A program made the translations under genes and the position numbers. A DNA stretch of 64,000 nt from Octopus sinensis (taxonomy: Eukaryota): positions 117,800,001 through 117,864,000 of the forward strand of contig NC_043001.1 in assembly GCF_006345805.1 (NCBI RefSeq), given 5' to 3'. Position 1 is the stretch's first letter. Every line of letters begins with the position of its first letter. Below, piece after piece: positions 61,721 through 64,000 of the stretch. The notes beneath the pieces were generated by a model. The model was not told the DNA's origin. It made no database searches and saw only the letters and a list, made by a program, of their open reading frames with translations.

Positions 61721-61827
61721 TTACTGTTGTCGTCGTCGTGGTCGTCGCTGTTGTTGCTGAAAACATTTCCCCAATTTTTTTTACAAAAGTTAGGTTTTTA
61801 TTTATTTTTTTTTTTTTCACTGCGCAG

Positions 61828-61971
61828 AAACTTTCGTTGACACAACTTGGGAAGCGACTGAAATAAAGAATAACGACTGGAATATTTGGGCAATCACTAT
61901 GACAACAGCAGCAAAAACAAGCGACGTCAATAAGAACGTCATTAACAACAAACGCAAACGCTTAAGCAAAT
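61828..61971 (+). CDS. Candidate orphan 144-nt exon (phase 1-1)
   Basis: Strong acceptor T14-CACTGCGCAG| and weaker donor AAAT|GTAATT. One open frame: TFVDTTWEATEIKNNDWNIWAITMTTAAKTSDVNKNVINNKRKRLSK. Confidence 0.25.
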
Positions 61972-62149
61972 GTAATTTCGGTTCCGTTTCTTTTATTTTT
62001 TTTTTAATTAAATTCGCTCTTCCTTTCCTGATTTTCTACTTGATTGTTATTTTCTCTAATTATTACGAATATAATTATATCTACGTGTAATTATATTCAC
62101 ATCGCTATAGAACATTCGGAAGAAACCAATCATTTTTTTTTGTATGTAA

Positions 62150-62727
<578 letters not shown>

Positions 62728-62958
62728 TTAATGCATTAACGCGTGTGCGTACACACCCTTACACGCACTGACACACCTACGTGTCTGTTTGGCTGTGTTA
62801 GTGTTGCGTGTATGCAAGTGTCTTATTTTTATAACTTTATGAACAATCTATCAAAACATGCATGCATGTATATGTGTATGTATTACATATGTGTGTACGC
62901 ATGTACGTATGTCTGTGTGCGTATATATATGTATAGTTTGATTTGCGTATACATATAT

Positions 62959-62990
<32 letters not shown>

Positions 62991-63134
62991 GTTTGATTTG
63001 AAAACCCCACTAGAATGGGAGAAAGCGCTAATACATGATCTGAGTTATATGATGTATAAAAAATGTAATATACAAATAAATATCTGTAAATATAAACCAT
63101 CCGATTTTCTGAGTACCTCATTTCTTCTAATATA

Positions 63135-63139
<5 letters not shown>

Positions 63140-63170
<31 letters not shown>

Positions 63171-63325
63171 TGTATGTATGTATGTATGTATGTAGTATTG
63201 TATGTATGTATGTATGTATGTATGTATGTATGTATGTATGTATGTATGTATACAAAGAAAGAAAGAAGGAAGGAAGGAAGGAAAGAAAGAAAGAAAGAAG
63301 GAAGGAAAGAAAGAAAAAAAGAAAA

Positions 63326-63382
<57 letters not shown>

Positions 63383-63385
63383 GCG
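63140..63385. repeat. (TATG)n followed by (GAAA/GAAG)n
   Basis: Direct reading. Confidence 0.95.
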
Positions 63386-64000
63386 CTAGAAAATATATAA
63401 AGTTTTTAACAGGTCTTGTAACTCTTTCTTGTCACATTGCAGCAATGGTTGCCATATTTTGAACAGAGTAAAACAAACAAAAAAGTAGCCCCTGCCTTCA
63501 CTCACTGCACACACACACACACACTAAAGCTTCACTCATTTTATTTTCTTTTTCCAACACTCATCCTCCTCACTCTCCAATACTTACATTTAGCCGATCC
63601 CTTCACCGTATCCCCCACCACCACCACCACCTATTCCAAACTCTCTCTCTTCGCTCACTCATTGATTGTTTGCGTGAATGACAGAATGCTTTCACTCACG
63701 CAAGAAGACGCTCGCTCGAGCACGCGTTTAATCTTGAATGCGCACTTGACACAAAAACAAATGTAAAAAAAAGAAATTTTTAATAAAAAAAAACGCACAA
63801 ACACTTGTATATAAACATATACGCATACGCGCACACTTAAGATACGTGTGATATGTAAGTATAACAAATGGACACGAAGTTTGAACATTTTGCAGATGCA
63901 TCGAATGCACATGCATCGAATGCACATGTGAACTCTCCCTCTCACATGCGCGCGCGCGGAAAAGCATTGACATTCCCAAATATAGAGAAGCGGGCAGACA

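Overview
Eukaryotic, AT-rich, microsatellite- and transposon-dense DNA. The tRNA-derived SINE families and repeat landscape look like an octopus genome; this is recognised by eye, not verified by search. There are no operons, CRISPR arrays or rRNA genes. The one long intact host ORF (4287-5876, minus) is an intronless coiled-coil protein matching the ODAD3/CCDC151-CCDC183 outer-dynein-arm docking family. Most other ORF-track calls are microsatellite artefacts or transposon fragments. The most interesting locus is 25926-28662, with three levels of nesting. A mariner is split by a hairpin-shaped Penelope-like insertion. The repeat arm of that insertion combines a GIY-YIG-type C-terminus, a tRNA-derived Pol III promoter, an (AAT)n tract and a minimal hammerhead ribozyme. 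An R4/Dong LINE fragment sits inside the (AAT)n. Other features are a perfect 63-bp palindrome from a second Penelope-like family, an intron-containing pogo transposase with a PHD finger, two mariner copies sharing the same frameshifts, RTE-derived elements in (TATG)n arrays, Chapaev3, hAT and MITE elements with recognisable TIRs/TSDs, a ~2-kb inverted microsatellite pair and a few orphan exon candidates. All family assignments are by motif recognition from memory; no database search was possible.
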